From positions 4,982 to 68,981 of the IMG/VR virus record IMGVR_UViG_3300024235_000344: a DNA stretch of 64,000 nt. One strand, 5' to 3'. Source of the DNA: a virus (Duplodnaviria; Caudoviricetes). Below are positions 9,409-18,983 of the stretch, piece by piece. The first letter of the stretch is position 1, and each line of letters begins with the position of its first letter. The notes beneath the pieces were generated by a model. The model was not told the DNA's origin. It ran no database searches and saw only the letters and a program-made list of their open reading frames with translations. The position numbers were made by a program, and so were the translations under genes.

Positions 9409-10017
9409 TTACGATTGCCTTTTATAACTTTCTTTATTAACTCCTCTTTTAAGAGATACATTTCTTTTATCAAATGCATATGCAGCTCCACCATTTACCT
9501 TTATTTGAATAAAACCAGGTTTATCGATAATAGCTGATACCGTACCTACTGCTTTAGGATTCTTTTTTGTTTTAACAAATACTTCATCACCGACTTTAAA
9601 TTTAACATTTGATACCGGTGCTGGTTTAGCTGGCGGGGTTGGTTTAGATGTTGGTGTTGGTTTAGCTGTCGATCGACCACTCGTTGAAGTTACTATAGTA
9701 CTAGGTGGTTGAATACCTTTCATTTGTTGTTGTTGATCAAAACGGGCACCAACTTCAGCACTTTTAGCTTTTGCTTCTTGATTTCTAGCTTCTGCACTTC
9801 TCATTCTATGACCACGTGTACCTGGTATTGCTGCAGCTATACGACTTAAAAAGCCACCAGATGCAGCGGGTGCAGCTGGGAGGGTTGGTGCCTTTGGACC
9901 TCTGATCTCATTTAAAATTTTATTAAAAATACCTTTATTAAAAACTTCAACAACTATAGATTTTTTTGTAAGGTTAAAATGTTTTTGTGTTTTTTCAAAT
10001 AATTCTTTATCGGTCAT
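9409..10017 (-). CDS. Hypothetical late protein; Ala/Pro-rich linker, SH3/KOW-like C-terminus
   Basis: TAAATA-N5-ATG; C-terminal 'FKVGDEVFVK...GTVSAI'. Confidence 0.6.
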   Translation of the reverse strand: MTDKELFEKTQKHFNLTKKSIVVEVFNKGIFNKILNEIRGPKAPTLPAAPAASGGFLSRIAAAIPGTRGHRMRSAEARNQEAKAKSAEVGARFDQQQQMKGIQPPSTIVTSTSGRSTAKPTPTSKPTPPAKPAPVSNVKFKVGDEVFVKTKKNPKAVGTVSAIIDKPGFIQIKVNGGAAYAFDKRNVSLKRGVNKESYKRQS

Positions 10018-10044
10018 TGAAATATTTAATCAATAATGTATAAT
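10017..10044 (+). promoter_or_regulatory. sigma70-like promoter TTGAAA-N16-TATAAT
   Basis: 6 nt before folE2 ATG. Confidence 0.65.
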
Positions 10045-10050
10045 TAATGT

Positions 10051-11094
10051 ATGTCAGAAAAAAATAATAGTTACGAATGGTTAGGCGAAGATGATGAACT
10101 TACCGGAGAAAAAGACATCATCGCAAAAGAAATTATGGGGGATGAATTTAGTAAGAGTTATTTTCCACCTATTAGAGTGTATGATGATAATGTTAAAACA
10201 GATAAGCAATACATTTCATCTTTACCTGATCTTCAAAATGGTCCATCGAGTTTAATTCAAGGTGCATCTGTACCTATTCAGCAAGTTGGTATTCATAACT
10301 TTAAGTTACCTCTAACGTACAAGAAGAGAGATGGTAAGACTATTGAGTTGGAAACGAGCGTTACCGGCAGTGTTAGTCTAGAAGCTCATAAGAAAGGTAT
10401 TAATATGTCCCGTATTATGAGAAGTTTTTACGATCATAAAGATGAAACGTTTAGTATGGGTAAGATTAAAGATGTTCTAGAATCATATAAGAATAACTTA
10501 GAAGTATTTGACTCTCGTATCATGCTTAAGATTTCATATCCAATCAAGCAGAATAGTTTACGTAGTGGTTTAGAAGGATTTCAATATTATGATGTAGTAT
10601 TCGAAGGTGATCTAACTAAGGAAGGTGAATTTAAGAAGTATATTCACTTTGATTTTGTATATTCATCAGCATGTCCATGTAGTTTCGAATTGAGTGAGCA
10701 TGCTGAAAAATATCGTAACCGTGCTACTGTACCTCATAGTCAACGAAGTGTTGCGAGAGTTAGTGTAAAATTCGATGATAAGTTATGGGTTGAAGATCTT
10801 CAAGAATTATGTTTAGCTGCTCTTCAAACTGAAACGCAGGTAATGGTTAAACGTGAAGATGAGCAGGCATTTGCTGAAAAAAACGGTGCATATCTTAAGT
10901 TTGTTGAAGATGCAGTAAGGCTTTTATTTGAGAAGTTAAGTAATGAATCACGTATTAAAGACTTTAAGATTGTAGCTTCTCATAATGAGAGTCTTCATAG
11001 TCACAATGCTATATCAGTTATTGTAAAGGGTGTACCTGGTGGTTTTACTGCTGGCGTTGCAAGGGATATTTTTGAATCTACTGGTTTAAGATAA
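10051..11094 (+). CDS. folE2: GTP cyclohydrolase type IB
   Basis: 'IQQVGI', 'KGINMSR', 'SACPCS', 'HSQRS', 'FVEDAVR', 'ESLHSHNA'. Confidence 0.92.
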   Translation: MSEKNNSYEWLGEDDELTGEKDIIAKEIMGDEFSKSYFPPIRVYDDNVKTDKQYISSLPDLQNGPSSLIQGASVPIQQVGIHNFKLPLTYKKRDGKTIELETSVTGSVSLEAHKKGINMSRIMRSFYDHKDETFSMGKIKDVLESYKNNLEVFDSRIMLKISYPIKQNSLRSGLEGFQYYDVVFEGDLTKEGEFKKYIHFDFVYSSACPCSFELSEHAEKYRNRATVPHSQRSVARVSVKFDDKLWVEDLQELCLAALQTETQVMVKREDEQAFAEKNGAYLKFVEDAVRLLFEKLSNESRIKDFKIVASHNESLHSHNAISVIVKGVPGGFTAGVARDIFESTGLR

Positions 11095-11116
11095 GGTATA
11101 TTTAAATTTTAATATT

Positions 11117-11148
11117 AAAAGCTATTACGTGTTTGTAATAGCTTTTTT
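11117..11148 (+). terminator. Intrinsic terminator
   Basis: AAAAGCTATTAC-GTGTTT-GTAATAGCTTTT plus T-run after folE2. Confidence 0.85.
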
Positions 11149-11162
11149 TATATATAAAGTTA

Positions 11163-11178
11163 GGAACTATCATATAAT
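11163..11178 (+). promoter_or_regulatory. GGAAC-N5-TATAAT promoter motif
   Basis: GGAAC TATCA TATAAT, 6 nt before ATG 11185. Confidence 0.6.
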
Positions 11179-11184
11179 ATTGTT

Positions 11185-11718
11185 ATGAATATTTTTTGTA
11201 CAGATGATGATCCGATTAAAGCAGCAGAAGATTTATGTGATCAGCATGTTAGATCTAAGATGCAAATTGAGGGAGCTATTATGTTAGCTCATGCATTTCC
11301 TCAAGAAGTATTGAATCATGAATCTTGTCCTAGAACTTCGTTAGGTAAGCCTCGTAAACGCGGTAAAGGTTACTTTAATCATCAATGTAGTATATGGGCT
11401 AGAGAGACTACAGATAATTTTATGTGGTTAGTTAATCATACACTACATATGTTTAGTGAAAGGCAGTTTAGATGGCCAGATTCAAAAGACCATTTTACAT
11501 ATAGTTTTATTAAATGGTGTGGAGAAAACGTGCATAATACTATTATCGATAAAACTAAATTGACGGAATTTGCAGTAGCGATAAATCAAGAATGTAACTG
11601 TAGATTGCAAAATAAAAATTTCGATGATCTACCTGTAATTGATCAATATCGAGAGTATATCCGAAAAGATAAGCCGTTTGCTACATGGACTCAACGTAAT
11701 GAGCCAGACTGGTATTAA
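11185..11718 (+). CDS. Pyrimidine-dimer DNA glycosylase/endonuclease V family protein
   Basis: 'MNIFCTDDDPIKAAEDLCDQHV..KMQIE', 'NHQCSIWARE', 'YREY', C-terminal 'RNEPDW'. Confidence 0.8.
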   Translation: MNIFCTDDDPIKAAEDLCDQHVRSKMQIEGAIMLAHAFPQEVLNHESCPRTSLGKPRKRGKGYFNHQCSIWARETTDNFMWLVNHTLHMFSERQFRWPDSKDHFTYSFIKWCGENVHNTIIDKTKLTEFAVAINQECNCRLQNKNFDDLPVIDQYREYIRKDKPFATWTQRNEPDWY

Positions 11719-12131
11719 TCGAGATTACCCTCAGCACTTACATCAATTAATCCACCGAGTTGCTCGATAAAATCCTTACCAACGAGTATTTTATACTCAT
11801 TTTCTGTTCTATCACCTATAGAGAATTTTGTATTAGGGTGCAATTCATCACCTATTTTAATATCAAACTCTACAACAGGTCTTTGCTCTATATTACCTGA
11901 TCCGATATTAATATCGATTAATTCAACTACTGGTTTAGTAATCGTCTGACCGTTAACAGTCTCGAATGTAACATTATCTCCATTATGGTCTATATTTACA
12001 CCATGCAAGACATTGTAAGCCCCATTGCCGCTATCAATCTTAGCTTCAATGGGACCTAGGTCTTCAAATGTAATAGTTTCGATCAACCCTAATGGTTGAT
12101 TTGATTCAAAAAAATGTTTAAAGGTAATCAC
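11715..12131 (-). CDS. Retropepsin-like aspartic peptidase (RimK-associated type)
   Basis: 'AKIDSGN', 'RPVVEFDIKIG', 'FSIGDR', 'ILVGKDFI'; GTG start 5 nt after TAAATA. Confidence 0.8.
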   Translation of the reverse strand: MITFKHFFESNQPLGLIETITFEDLGPIEAKIDSGNGAYNVLHGVNIDHNGDNVTFETVNGQTITKPVVELIDINIGSGNIEQRPVVEFDIKIGDELHPNTKFSIGDRTENEYKILVGKDFIEQLGGLIDVSAEGNLD

Positions 12132-12139
12132 ATTATTAT

Positions 12140-12328
12140 TTATGCTTTACCTTCGTTCTTCTTCTCTTGAATTTGCTTACGAATTTCTTTTGTAAGTTTT
12201 GCAATTTCTAGAAGAGCTTTTCTAGCTCTTGTACCTGCAGCTCCTACCCCTTTTTCGTTAAATTTTTCAATTTCTTCTTGAAAAATATTATACTGTTCTG
12301 TTAGATCATTAATAAGTTCTGTATTCAT
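12140..12328 (-). CDS. Histone H1-like Hc1-family small DNA-binding protein
   Basis: 'KGVGAAGTRARKALLEIAKLTKEIRK'; TATAAATA upstream (12336-12343). Confidence 0.7.
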   Translation of the reverse strand: MNTELINDLTEQYNIFQEEIEKFNEKGVGAAGTRARKALLEIAKLTKEIRKQIQEKKNEGKA

Positions 12329-12338
12329 AATACTATAT

Positions 12339-13022
12339 TTATACCGTTATAATACCTTTATCAATCCATGACCTATAACAAAAATGAATACCGTAAATAT
12401 AATCTTGATTTATGTAATCAGATATACATTTTATTGATTCAAAATGCTTACAGTTAAATACAGTTACATCATGTTTATTTATTCTTAAAAAATTAGTTAT
12501 AAAATGACTACCACCTCCACAATAAATTGTTTGCTTTAAAATATCTGATTTAGTTATATCTTTTTGTATAAAATATCTTATCTGTTTACATATTTTATTA
12601 AAAAATAACGAGTTATTATTATACATGATATAATTATCAATAATAATATTATCAGTAGCACCTTTTTTCATCATTTGATTATTACTTTCAAATATACAAG
12701 CCTTCTTACCTTCTAATAACGGTTCAATATTTTTAAAAAAATGTATATCTAAATCAGAATATAAACCACCATATTCATTTAAAATAAAAAGCCTTGATGA
12801 ATCAATTTTTTGAATTGTATGTTCATAATTATCAAATATATCTAAAAAATAAGGATATTTTTCCTTTATTAAAATTCTACATTCATCTAAATTCCACAAT
12901 TTATAATTCCAATCTTTATGATTTAAAATTAAAGATTTTTGTAAATCTAAATATTTTTCAGGTAATTTATTACCTGTCCAAATTTGATGTAAATTTTTCT
13001 TTATATTTATTGTATCCATCAC
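12339..13022 (-). CDS. GT32 (OCH1-like, DxD) glycosyltransferase
   Basis: 'KKNLHQIW', 'DWNYKLWN', 'DSSRLFILNEYGGLYSDLD'. Confidence 0.88.
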   Translation of the reverse strand: MMDTINIKKNLHQIWTGNKLPEKYLDLQKSLILNHKDWNYKLWNLDECRILIKEKYPYFLDIFDNYEHTIQKIDSSRLFILNEYGGLYSDLDIHFFKNIEPLLEGKKACIFESNNQMMKKGATDNIIIDNYIMYNNNSLFFNKICKQIRYFIQKDITKSDILKQTIYCGGGSHFITNFLRINKHDVTVFNCKHFESIKCISDYINQDYIYGIHFCYRSWIDKGIITV

Positions 13023-13719
13023 CTGACCACATTATTGAATCATCTAGATGATTTTTATCTTTATATTTATCATCTAATAAATTTATTTGTATTTTATCTG
13101 TATAAAATGTATGTAGAGCGTGGTGATCTGCATCCCAATTATAAAAATTTTTTTCTTTAAAAATATAATTATATATTTTCTTAATATAATCTATATTTAT
13201 CTGATTATTCTTAAAAAGCAAAAAACCTTCATTACAAAAAATATCATCGTTGTTTGGATCTGTTACGGTTAATATATCATATTTTAAATTATCAAATAAA
13301 TGGTCAAAATTTTGTAAAAATATTGTATCAACATCCAACGATAAAACATTATAATTATTTTTTAAAAGTTCATTAATCGTTTTAAATCTCGAGTGGCATG
13401 TATAAAAACTTCGCGGGCTATATAATATTTTTTTCATATCAAAAATATTTTTTATTTTATAAACGTTATTTATTTGATTTTTTTCTTTTGTTTTGAATAG
13501 TGTTTTCTTACTACTTAAATTAGGGTTATCTATAATAAAAGATACCTCTTTATATTTTTTAATTATATCTGCCTTTTGTTTATCATCAAAATCAATTAAT
13601 CTTACAAATAATTTAGTATTCATACCTGTTTTTTGGTATGTTTGTATAAAAGTATCTAAATATTTTATATAATTATAATCAGTACTACATGTTATTGCAT
13701 TATTCAAAATAGTTTTCAT
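12970..13719 (-). CDS. Nucleotide-diphospho-sugar transferase (GT77/GT34-like)
   Basis: 'HSRFKTINELL..YNVLSLDVDTIF', 'CNEGFLLF', 'WDADH'; start set to 13719. Confidence 0.7.
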   Translation of the reverse strand: MKTILNNAITCSTDYNYIKYLDTFIQTYQKTGMNTKLFVRLIDFDDKQKADIIKKYKEVSFIIDNPNLSSKKTLFKTKEKNQINNVYKIKNIFDMKKILYSPRSFYTCHSRFKTINELLKNNYNVLSLDVDTIFLQNFDHLFDNLKYDILTVTDPNNDDIFCNEGFLLFKNNQINIDYIKKIYNYIFKEKNFYNWDADHHALHTFYTDKIQINLLDDKYKDKNHLDDSIMWSGDGYNKYKEKFTSNLDR

Positions 13720-14794
13720 ATTTACTCTTTCTTCTAACATCTAATGTAGTACAATGATGAGCACCACTAAAAATTTCGCAGTGTCTAAAAGGGGTTCCTA
13801 TTGCTTCAATATTGTACTTTTTAAGTTTATCATTGAGCTGATCAGCATATTGAGGGTGACATACAATAAGTTCTTTAGATATACTAAAGACATTCAATTC
13901 TATACGTGGTGAAGCTAATTTTATACCTTGAGTATCGATCTCACTCTTACTACGTTCTCTCATAGGTATAGTTATAATATCCCATGATTGTAATTCTTTT
14001 GGTAATTTCTCTTTAATATAATCTTTTGTTACAATTGCTAATCCAGGTTTAAGTGGGAGAAATGATGAATCAATATGAGAATCTGCTAAAGATGTTGTAA
14101 GTATTTTGTAATCATTACCTAACGTATTCTGTAACCATTGTGCTCCAAGTCTTTGATTTTCGTTTGCAACATTCATTAATATATGCTTCCCCATACGTAC
14201 GCAATTTGCTGCATCAAACATTATTTCATGACCACAATCCATATAATGAGGTTTGAGTTGTTGTTCACTATAATGCTGCCTACCATTATTTTCATCTATC
14301 CAAGATAAATCAAAACTATTATCAGTCATTAAAGGTTTTGGAGATTGTATCCACTTACTACCACTTTTAAAATATTCTAAAAAAAGATGATGTAAAAAAT
14401 CATTTTCAAAATATCTATAACGACATGTTGGAGACGATTCAATAATTGTATCACCGACGATCATCGCCATATCTCTAACATTTAATGCAGGATGATTAGT
14501 ACTATCCCATAAAGGTGTTTTAATTTGTTCTAACCGCTGAGGTTTTTTAGGTCTACGTACTTTTATATTTAAAGATTTAAGTAATTCACAGAATTTTTCT
14601 ATATCTTCAGAATGTTCTTCACAATGACGCTTGCTTATAGTTTGGTTACCAAATTCATAATGCTTTGTATTCCAAAGATTTTCATGAAAAAAAAGTTTAA
14701 ATGAATAATCTAATAACGGTAATGATGTTGGAAACCCATCACCAACGATTACTTCTTCTAATTGATCCCATTCATTATGGCTATTGACTATCAT
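13700..14794 (-). CDS. Amidinotransferase (glycine / inosamine-phosphate amidinotransferase family)
   Basis: 'VNSHNEWDQLEEVIVG', 'NVRD', 'FDAAN', 'HIDS', 'GAHHCTTLDVRR' with Asp-His-Cys triad. Confidence 0.92.
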   Translation of the reverse strand: MIVNSHNEWDQLEEVIVGDGFPTSLPLLDYSFKLFFHENLWNTKHYEFGNQTISKRHCEEHSEDIEKFCELLKSLNIKVRRPKKPQRLEQIKTPLWDSTNHPALNVRDMAMIVGDTIIESSPTCRYRYFENDFLHHLFLEYFKSGSKWIQSPKPLMTDNSFDLSWIDENNGRQHYSEQQLKPHYMDCGHEIMFDAANCVRMGKHILMNVANENQRLGAQWLQNTLGNDYKILTTSLADSHIDSSFLPLKPGLAIVTKDYIKEKLPKELQSWDIITIPMRERSKSEIDTQGIKLASPRIELNVFSISKELIVCHPQYADQLNDKLKKYNIEAIGTPFRHCEIFSGAHHCTTLDVRRKSKYENYFE

Positions 14795-15596
14795 ATTTTT
14801 TTAATTCTTCTAATTGTATTTTTAAACTATGCGTAACTGGTTTATTATATATTGAACATAATGATCTATCTAAATTACCAGTTATTTTAGTACCTTCAAT
14901 AGTATGCGCATTTTGTTTATTAATAGTAATATTTAAATCGTAAACTTTATTTATCAATTTACATATTTCATATTTACTGATAATTTTAGAGCTAAAAATA
15001 TGGCGAACACCGTTCCAAAAATTTTCATGTAATATAATTTTAAATATCTGCTTAGCTAACTCTAAAGCAGTTATACCATTCCATAGACAGTTAACATAAC
15101 CATTAATCGTTTTATTTTGATTATTAATAACCCATTTCATTAAACCTACACCATCATTGTTTAAATCGTTACCTATAAACGATGTTCTAATTATAGTACC
15201 ATTTATAACTCTCCTTTTTGTTATAGCGTATACATCAGTTGCATCACACTTATCTATCTCACTATAGTTACCTTTATCTCCTTTAAATACACAGTCGGAA
15301 CATATATGTATGAACTTTGCATCGTTACGTTTGCATATATTATTTAATATAATAGGGAATGTTGTGTTTATAATATGCGTTTCAGCAATACCTACAGTAT
15401 CGATATATGGTTTTAGAATACCAACACAATTAATTACAACATCATTTTGATTTATTATTTTATCAAAATAATTTACATCAACATTTAAAGCATCAAAGTG
15501 ATTTCTATTTAATTCTACAACCTTAAAGTATTGCTTTAGATAGCTTGATATATACCCACCAGCCATTCCTGTAGAACCTAAAACTATTATTTTCAT
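14781..15596 (-). CDS. RmlD-like NDP-sugar reductase (SDR)
   Basis: 'GSTGMAG', 'HICSDCVFKG', 'YAITK', 'IRTSFIG'. Confidence 0.85.
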   Translation of the reverse strand: MKIIVLGSTGMAGGYISSYLKQYFKVVELNRNHFDALNVDVNYFDKIINQNDVVINCVGILKPYIDTVGIAETHIINTTFPIILNNICKRNDAKFIHICSDCVFKGDKGNYSEIDKCDATDVYAITKRRVINGTIIRTSFIGNDLNNDGVGLMKWVINNQNKTINGYVNCLWNGITALELAKQIFKIILHENFWNGVRHIFSSKIISKYEICKLINKVYDLNITINKQNAHTIEGTKITGNLDRSLCSIYNKPVTHSLKIQLEELKKYDSQ

Positions 15597-16213
15597 CTAA
15601 AGCAATTTAATTTAGATAAATCTACTGCGTATTCATCACTTGTAGAGCTATCAATATTTTTACCATTAACATTATAAAAATTTTGTATACCAATTACAGC
15701 TTGTTCAGGAGACATATACATATGATAACCAATATCTTCAACACTCATTTTTAACATATCATTATAATATATTGAAGGCCTACCATCATATCGCATTCGT
15801 CTAAACCAATCAGCAGCATGCTTTTCATCAGTTAAAATCATACCACCTTTACCTGTTGATAATATTTTTTTAAAATTAAACGATATACAATAAAAAGTAT
15901 TGGATTTAAACATTTGTTCGGTAAATCTCTGAGCAGAATCTACCACTGGTATATTACCGATAGTATATGCACCAGACCAAGACTTATCTACAAACTTTAC
16001 TTTATAACCAGCATGTATAGCTTGCATAGGTACGGAAATATAAGTACGTTTGGGTATTTCAACAAATTCAACAGAATTGTTACCTAATTTACAATACTTC
16101 ATTGATAAAAACAATGCATTAGTACAGCTATCCACAGCTATAGCATACTTACTACCAGCATATTCTGCTATTATTTCTTCAAATTTATCTACATTATCCC
16201 AAACAGTATTCAT
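15593..16213 (-). CDS. Short DegT/DnrJ/EryC1/StrS-family PLP sugar aminotransferase
   Basis: 'FEEIIAEYAGSKYAIAVDSCTNAL', 'VVDSAQ', 'SFNFKKILSTGKGGMILTD'. Confidence 0.85.
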   Translation of the reverse strand: MNTVWDNVDKFEEIIAEYAGSKYAIAVDSCTNALFLSMKYCKLGNNSVEFVEIPKRTYISVPMQAIHAGYKVKFVDKSWSGAYTIGNIPVVDSAQRFTEQMFKSNTFYCISFNFKKILSTGKGGMILTDEKHAADWFRRMRYDGRPSIYYNDMLKMSVEDIGYHMYMSPEQAVIGIQNFYNVNGKNIDSSTSDEYAVDLSKLNCFR

Positions 16214-16937
16214 TATTTACAATTAAATTTCTATCTTTTCGATATTTATTATTTTTTAAATTTATATCAAATTTCACCGACCCATAATCTTCGGGTTTTG
16301 AAAATTTAGTAATATCAATATCTCCAATACCTTTATTTGTTAAAGTAAATTTATCATGATTTATACCATTACAAAGATTATTATCATAATCATTAGGTTT
16401 ATCATAGCTTATCAATTTAACTGAATATTTAATAGATACATCTTGTATGTAATTCCAAATATCAGAAGTTATTTCATTAACAATTGGCTGACAAAAATGT
16501 ACAATATCATATTTTCCTTTTTGTAATAATTCTTCGTATGACAAAAAATCGATATTTTTTTCTTTTATTGAACTTATAAATTTATATTTTTCAATAGTTT
16601 TTAATTTTAATGTATTAACTAACTTATAAATTTCATCAACTGCTTGTTTACGTGTTTCGTATATATTCAATAAATTTGTTTCATTTAACATGTGATCACA
16701 CCAAAATATTTTTTTATTATTTTTTTTATTAAAACCTATTCCCGCGTTTATTGTTTCAATTGAACTATTATTATATAAACCATATAAAGTAGTATATAAA
16801 TTAGGTAATGGTTCTATAAGTGTACCAGTCCAATTATATGCTTTTATATAATGGTAAAAGGTATCATCTGTTATACCATCTCCAGCTCCAGGGTGTAATA
16901 ATTTAAGATTATCATTTAATCTAATTATTTTTTTCAT
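16194..16937 (-). CDS. Divergent FkbM-family SAM methyltransferase
   Basis: 'HPGAGDGITDDTFY..I..YNWTGTLIEP' resembles the FkbM N-terminus. Confidence 0.55.
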   Translation of the reverse strand: MKKIIRLNDNLKLLHPGAGDGITDDTFYHYIKAYNWTGTLIEPLPNLYTTLYGLYNNSSIETINAGIGFNKKNNKKIFWCDHMLNETNLLNIYETRKQAVDEIYKLVNTLKLKTIEKYKFISSIKEKNIDFLSYEELLQKGKYDIVHFCQPIVNEITSDIWNYIQDVSIKYSVKLISYDKPNDYDNNLCNGINHDKFTLTNKGIGDIDITKFSKPEDYGSVKFDINLKNNKYRKDRNLIVNNEYCLG

Positions 16938-17554
16938 GATTTTTGATATATTAAATTAAAACCTTCAGCATATATTGTATTGCATTCCATACCTCTAAAC
17001 ATCGCATATACCATAATTCCATCTTCTGATCTCGGGTTAGGAAACTTTCTAACTTCGTTCTTATATTCATAAAAACGTTTTATTTTAAAATTTATATCAG
17101 TTAATGAAAGTTCTTCATAATAGTTACATTTAAAGTTGTTGTTAAATGACTGTGTGGTAGAAGATGGAATTTCATACATTACAATCTTATCAGGTGAATG
17201 TTCTTGATATCTTCTTAAAACAACTTCACATACTTCATAAACGGCTTTATGATCCATATTGAAATCATCTTTATTAGGTATAAAAACTATATTCGGTTTT
17301 AAATTATTATATATTTTTTCAACACTTTTTAACAATTTATTTTTTATAATATTGTACGATTCGTCTTGAAATGGTAAAATATGAACAGATGTAAAATCTT
17401 TTGTAGCTTTCTCTATTTGAATGACATCGTCATTTTTCCTTACACCGCATATTATTACATGTACTTCATTACCTGTATTGATATACTTATGAGCCGTTCC
17501 ACCTACCCCGAGTAGTTCATCATCCGCATGCGGGGCTATAATAAGATTAACCAT
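16934..17554 (-). CDS. PIG-L/LmbE-family N-acetylglucosamine deacetylase
   Basis: 'IIAPHADDELLG', 'NMDHKAV', 'YEIPSST', 'FPNPRS..G','AEGF'; start set to 17554. Confidence 0.88.
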   Translation of the reverse strand: MVNLIIAPHADDELLGVGGTAHKYINTGNEVHVIICGVRKNDDVIQIEKATKDFTSVHILPFQDESYNIIKNKLLKSVEKIYNNLKPNIVFIPNKDDFNMDHKAVYEVCEVVLRRYQEHSPDKIVMYEIPSSTTQSFNNNFKCNYYEELSLTDINFKIKRFYEYKNEVRKFPNPRSEDGIMVYAMFRGMECNTIYAEGFNLIYQKS

Positions 17555-18437
17555 GTATATAATTATATAAAACTTTGCTACCTTCAAGAAAATTAACTGT
17601 TGGTTCCCAGTTTAATAGTTTTTTAGCTTTTGAATTATCAACTATCTTACCTTTATAATCACCTAATCTTTCATCTGTGTATATAATTTTAACTTCTTTT
17701 CCATGAAGCTCTTGAACTCTTTCCGCAACATTTTTAATAGATATTGATTGAGCACCTTCTAAATTAATTATTTGATTTTTTGCTTTTTCAGATAATGCTA
17801 ATCTATTACCTCTCGCATGATCTGTAACATAAAGAAAATTTCGATATATATTACCGTTACCGGTAACAACCAAAGGTTTACCTGATATTGCATTCGATAT
17901 AAATTTTGATAAAACTGTATCAGGATGACAACCTGGACCATATGCAATGCCGTATCTTAAAATGGTAAAATCTATACCTCTTACATTTTGGTAGTTTCTA
18001 ATTATAGCTTCGCATGTGAGCTTACACGTTGTATATATGTGATCACTGTTAGAAATAGATAAGTTTGTATCTTCGTTAACTTCTGTAACATTGCATACAC
18101 TATATACCCAAACTGTAGATGAAAATATAATCCGCGGTATACCTAATTCATACATAGCATCCAACGTATTTGTTAAAGACATTATATTGGTATTAACAGC
18201 TTTCTTTATATCTATATGATTTTCTTTACTATCAGATATCGCAGCAAACATGTATACTGCATCAAACTTTTTTAAACTCAATGCTTTTTTAACCCTAATA
18301 TAATCTATTACATCGACTGTTATATCAGAATTTTCTTTAATGTCTATAACTGTTACATCATAACCATGAGATTGTAATTCTTTTTTTGTAAATGTACCTA
18401 TAAAACCTGCACCTCCAATAATAGCAATATTGCTCAT
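17547..18437 (-). CDS. NAD-dependent epimerase/dehydratase
   Basis: 'GGAGFIG', 'FSSTVWVY', 'YTTCK', 'LRYGIAYGP'. Confidence 0.9.
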   Translation of the reverse strand: MSNIAIIGGAGFIGTFTKKELQSHGYDVTVIDIKENSDITVDVIDYIRVKKALSLKKFDAVYMFAAISDSKENHIDIKKAVNTNIMSLTNTLDAMYELGIPRIIFSSTVWVYSVCNVTEVNEDTNLSISNSDHIYTTCKLTCEAIIRNYQNVRGIDFTILRYGIAYGPGCHPDTVLSKFISNAISGKPLVVTGNGNIYRNFLYVTDHARGNRLALSEKAKNQIINLEGAQSISIKNVAERVQELHGKEVKIIYTDERLGDYKGKIVDNSKAKKLLNWEPTVNFLEGSKVLYNYIHG

Positions 18438-18452
18438 ATATTATTATAGTAA

Positions 18453-18983
18453 CTAACCTTTATGATACCACGGTGATTCTAATCTTTTTAAATATTTACT
18501 GAGTATAAAATATTTTTCACATACTAATGTAGTTCTTAGATTTTTTTGATATTTTACTGAGTTTACACTATGTTCAGCACCTGCAGGTAATATTATAGAA
18601 CTATTTGTTAATGGTTTAAACTCAACATCATCAACTACAATTTCACCACCGGTCATTTCAGGGCATATATCAACATAATATACTTCTGTTTCCGGTAGAA
18701 ATATCATAAAATCAGGTTGCTCTTCTTTAATTCTTTCTACTAAATCACCATCAACATGCGGTTCAATATAACCATTTTCAAATGTATAAAATCCAATAAA
18801 ATTATACACGTTAAAATTACCTTTAATTGCAAATTTCAAAAAATCAGGTAAATCTTCTTTTTTAAATGTTACAGCAAAACATCTCTTACCGTTATAATCA
18901 TCATCAAGGTATTCATTATTATGGATCCAGTTATAGATTTCATTACGTTGTTGTTCAGGTAAATAATTCTCTTCAAGCTTCAT
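18453..18983 (-). CDS. 2OG-Fe(II) oxygenase
   Basis: 'EPHVDGD', 'GGEIVV', 'LPAGAEHSV' (HxD...H). Confidence 0.7.
   Translation of the reverse strand: MKLEENYLPEQQRNEIYNWIHNNEYLDDDYNGKRCFAVTFKKEDLPDFLKFAIKGNFNVYNFIGFYTFENGYIEPHVDGDLVERIKEEQPDFMIFLPETEVYYVDICPEMTGGEIVVDDVEFKPLTNSSIILPAGAEHSVNSVKYQKNLRTTLVCEKYFILSKYLKRLESPWYHKG

Noticed and set aside
13700-14794. Amidinotransferase as the archaeosine-forming enzyme
   Set aside because: It belongs to the Arg-dependent pentein family, not ArcS, QueF-L or Gat-QueC, and is embedded among sugar genes
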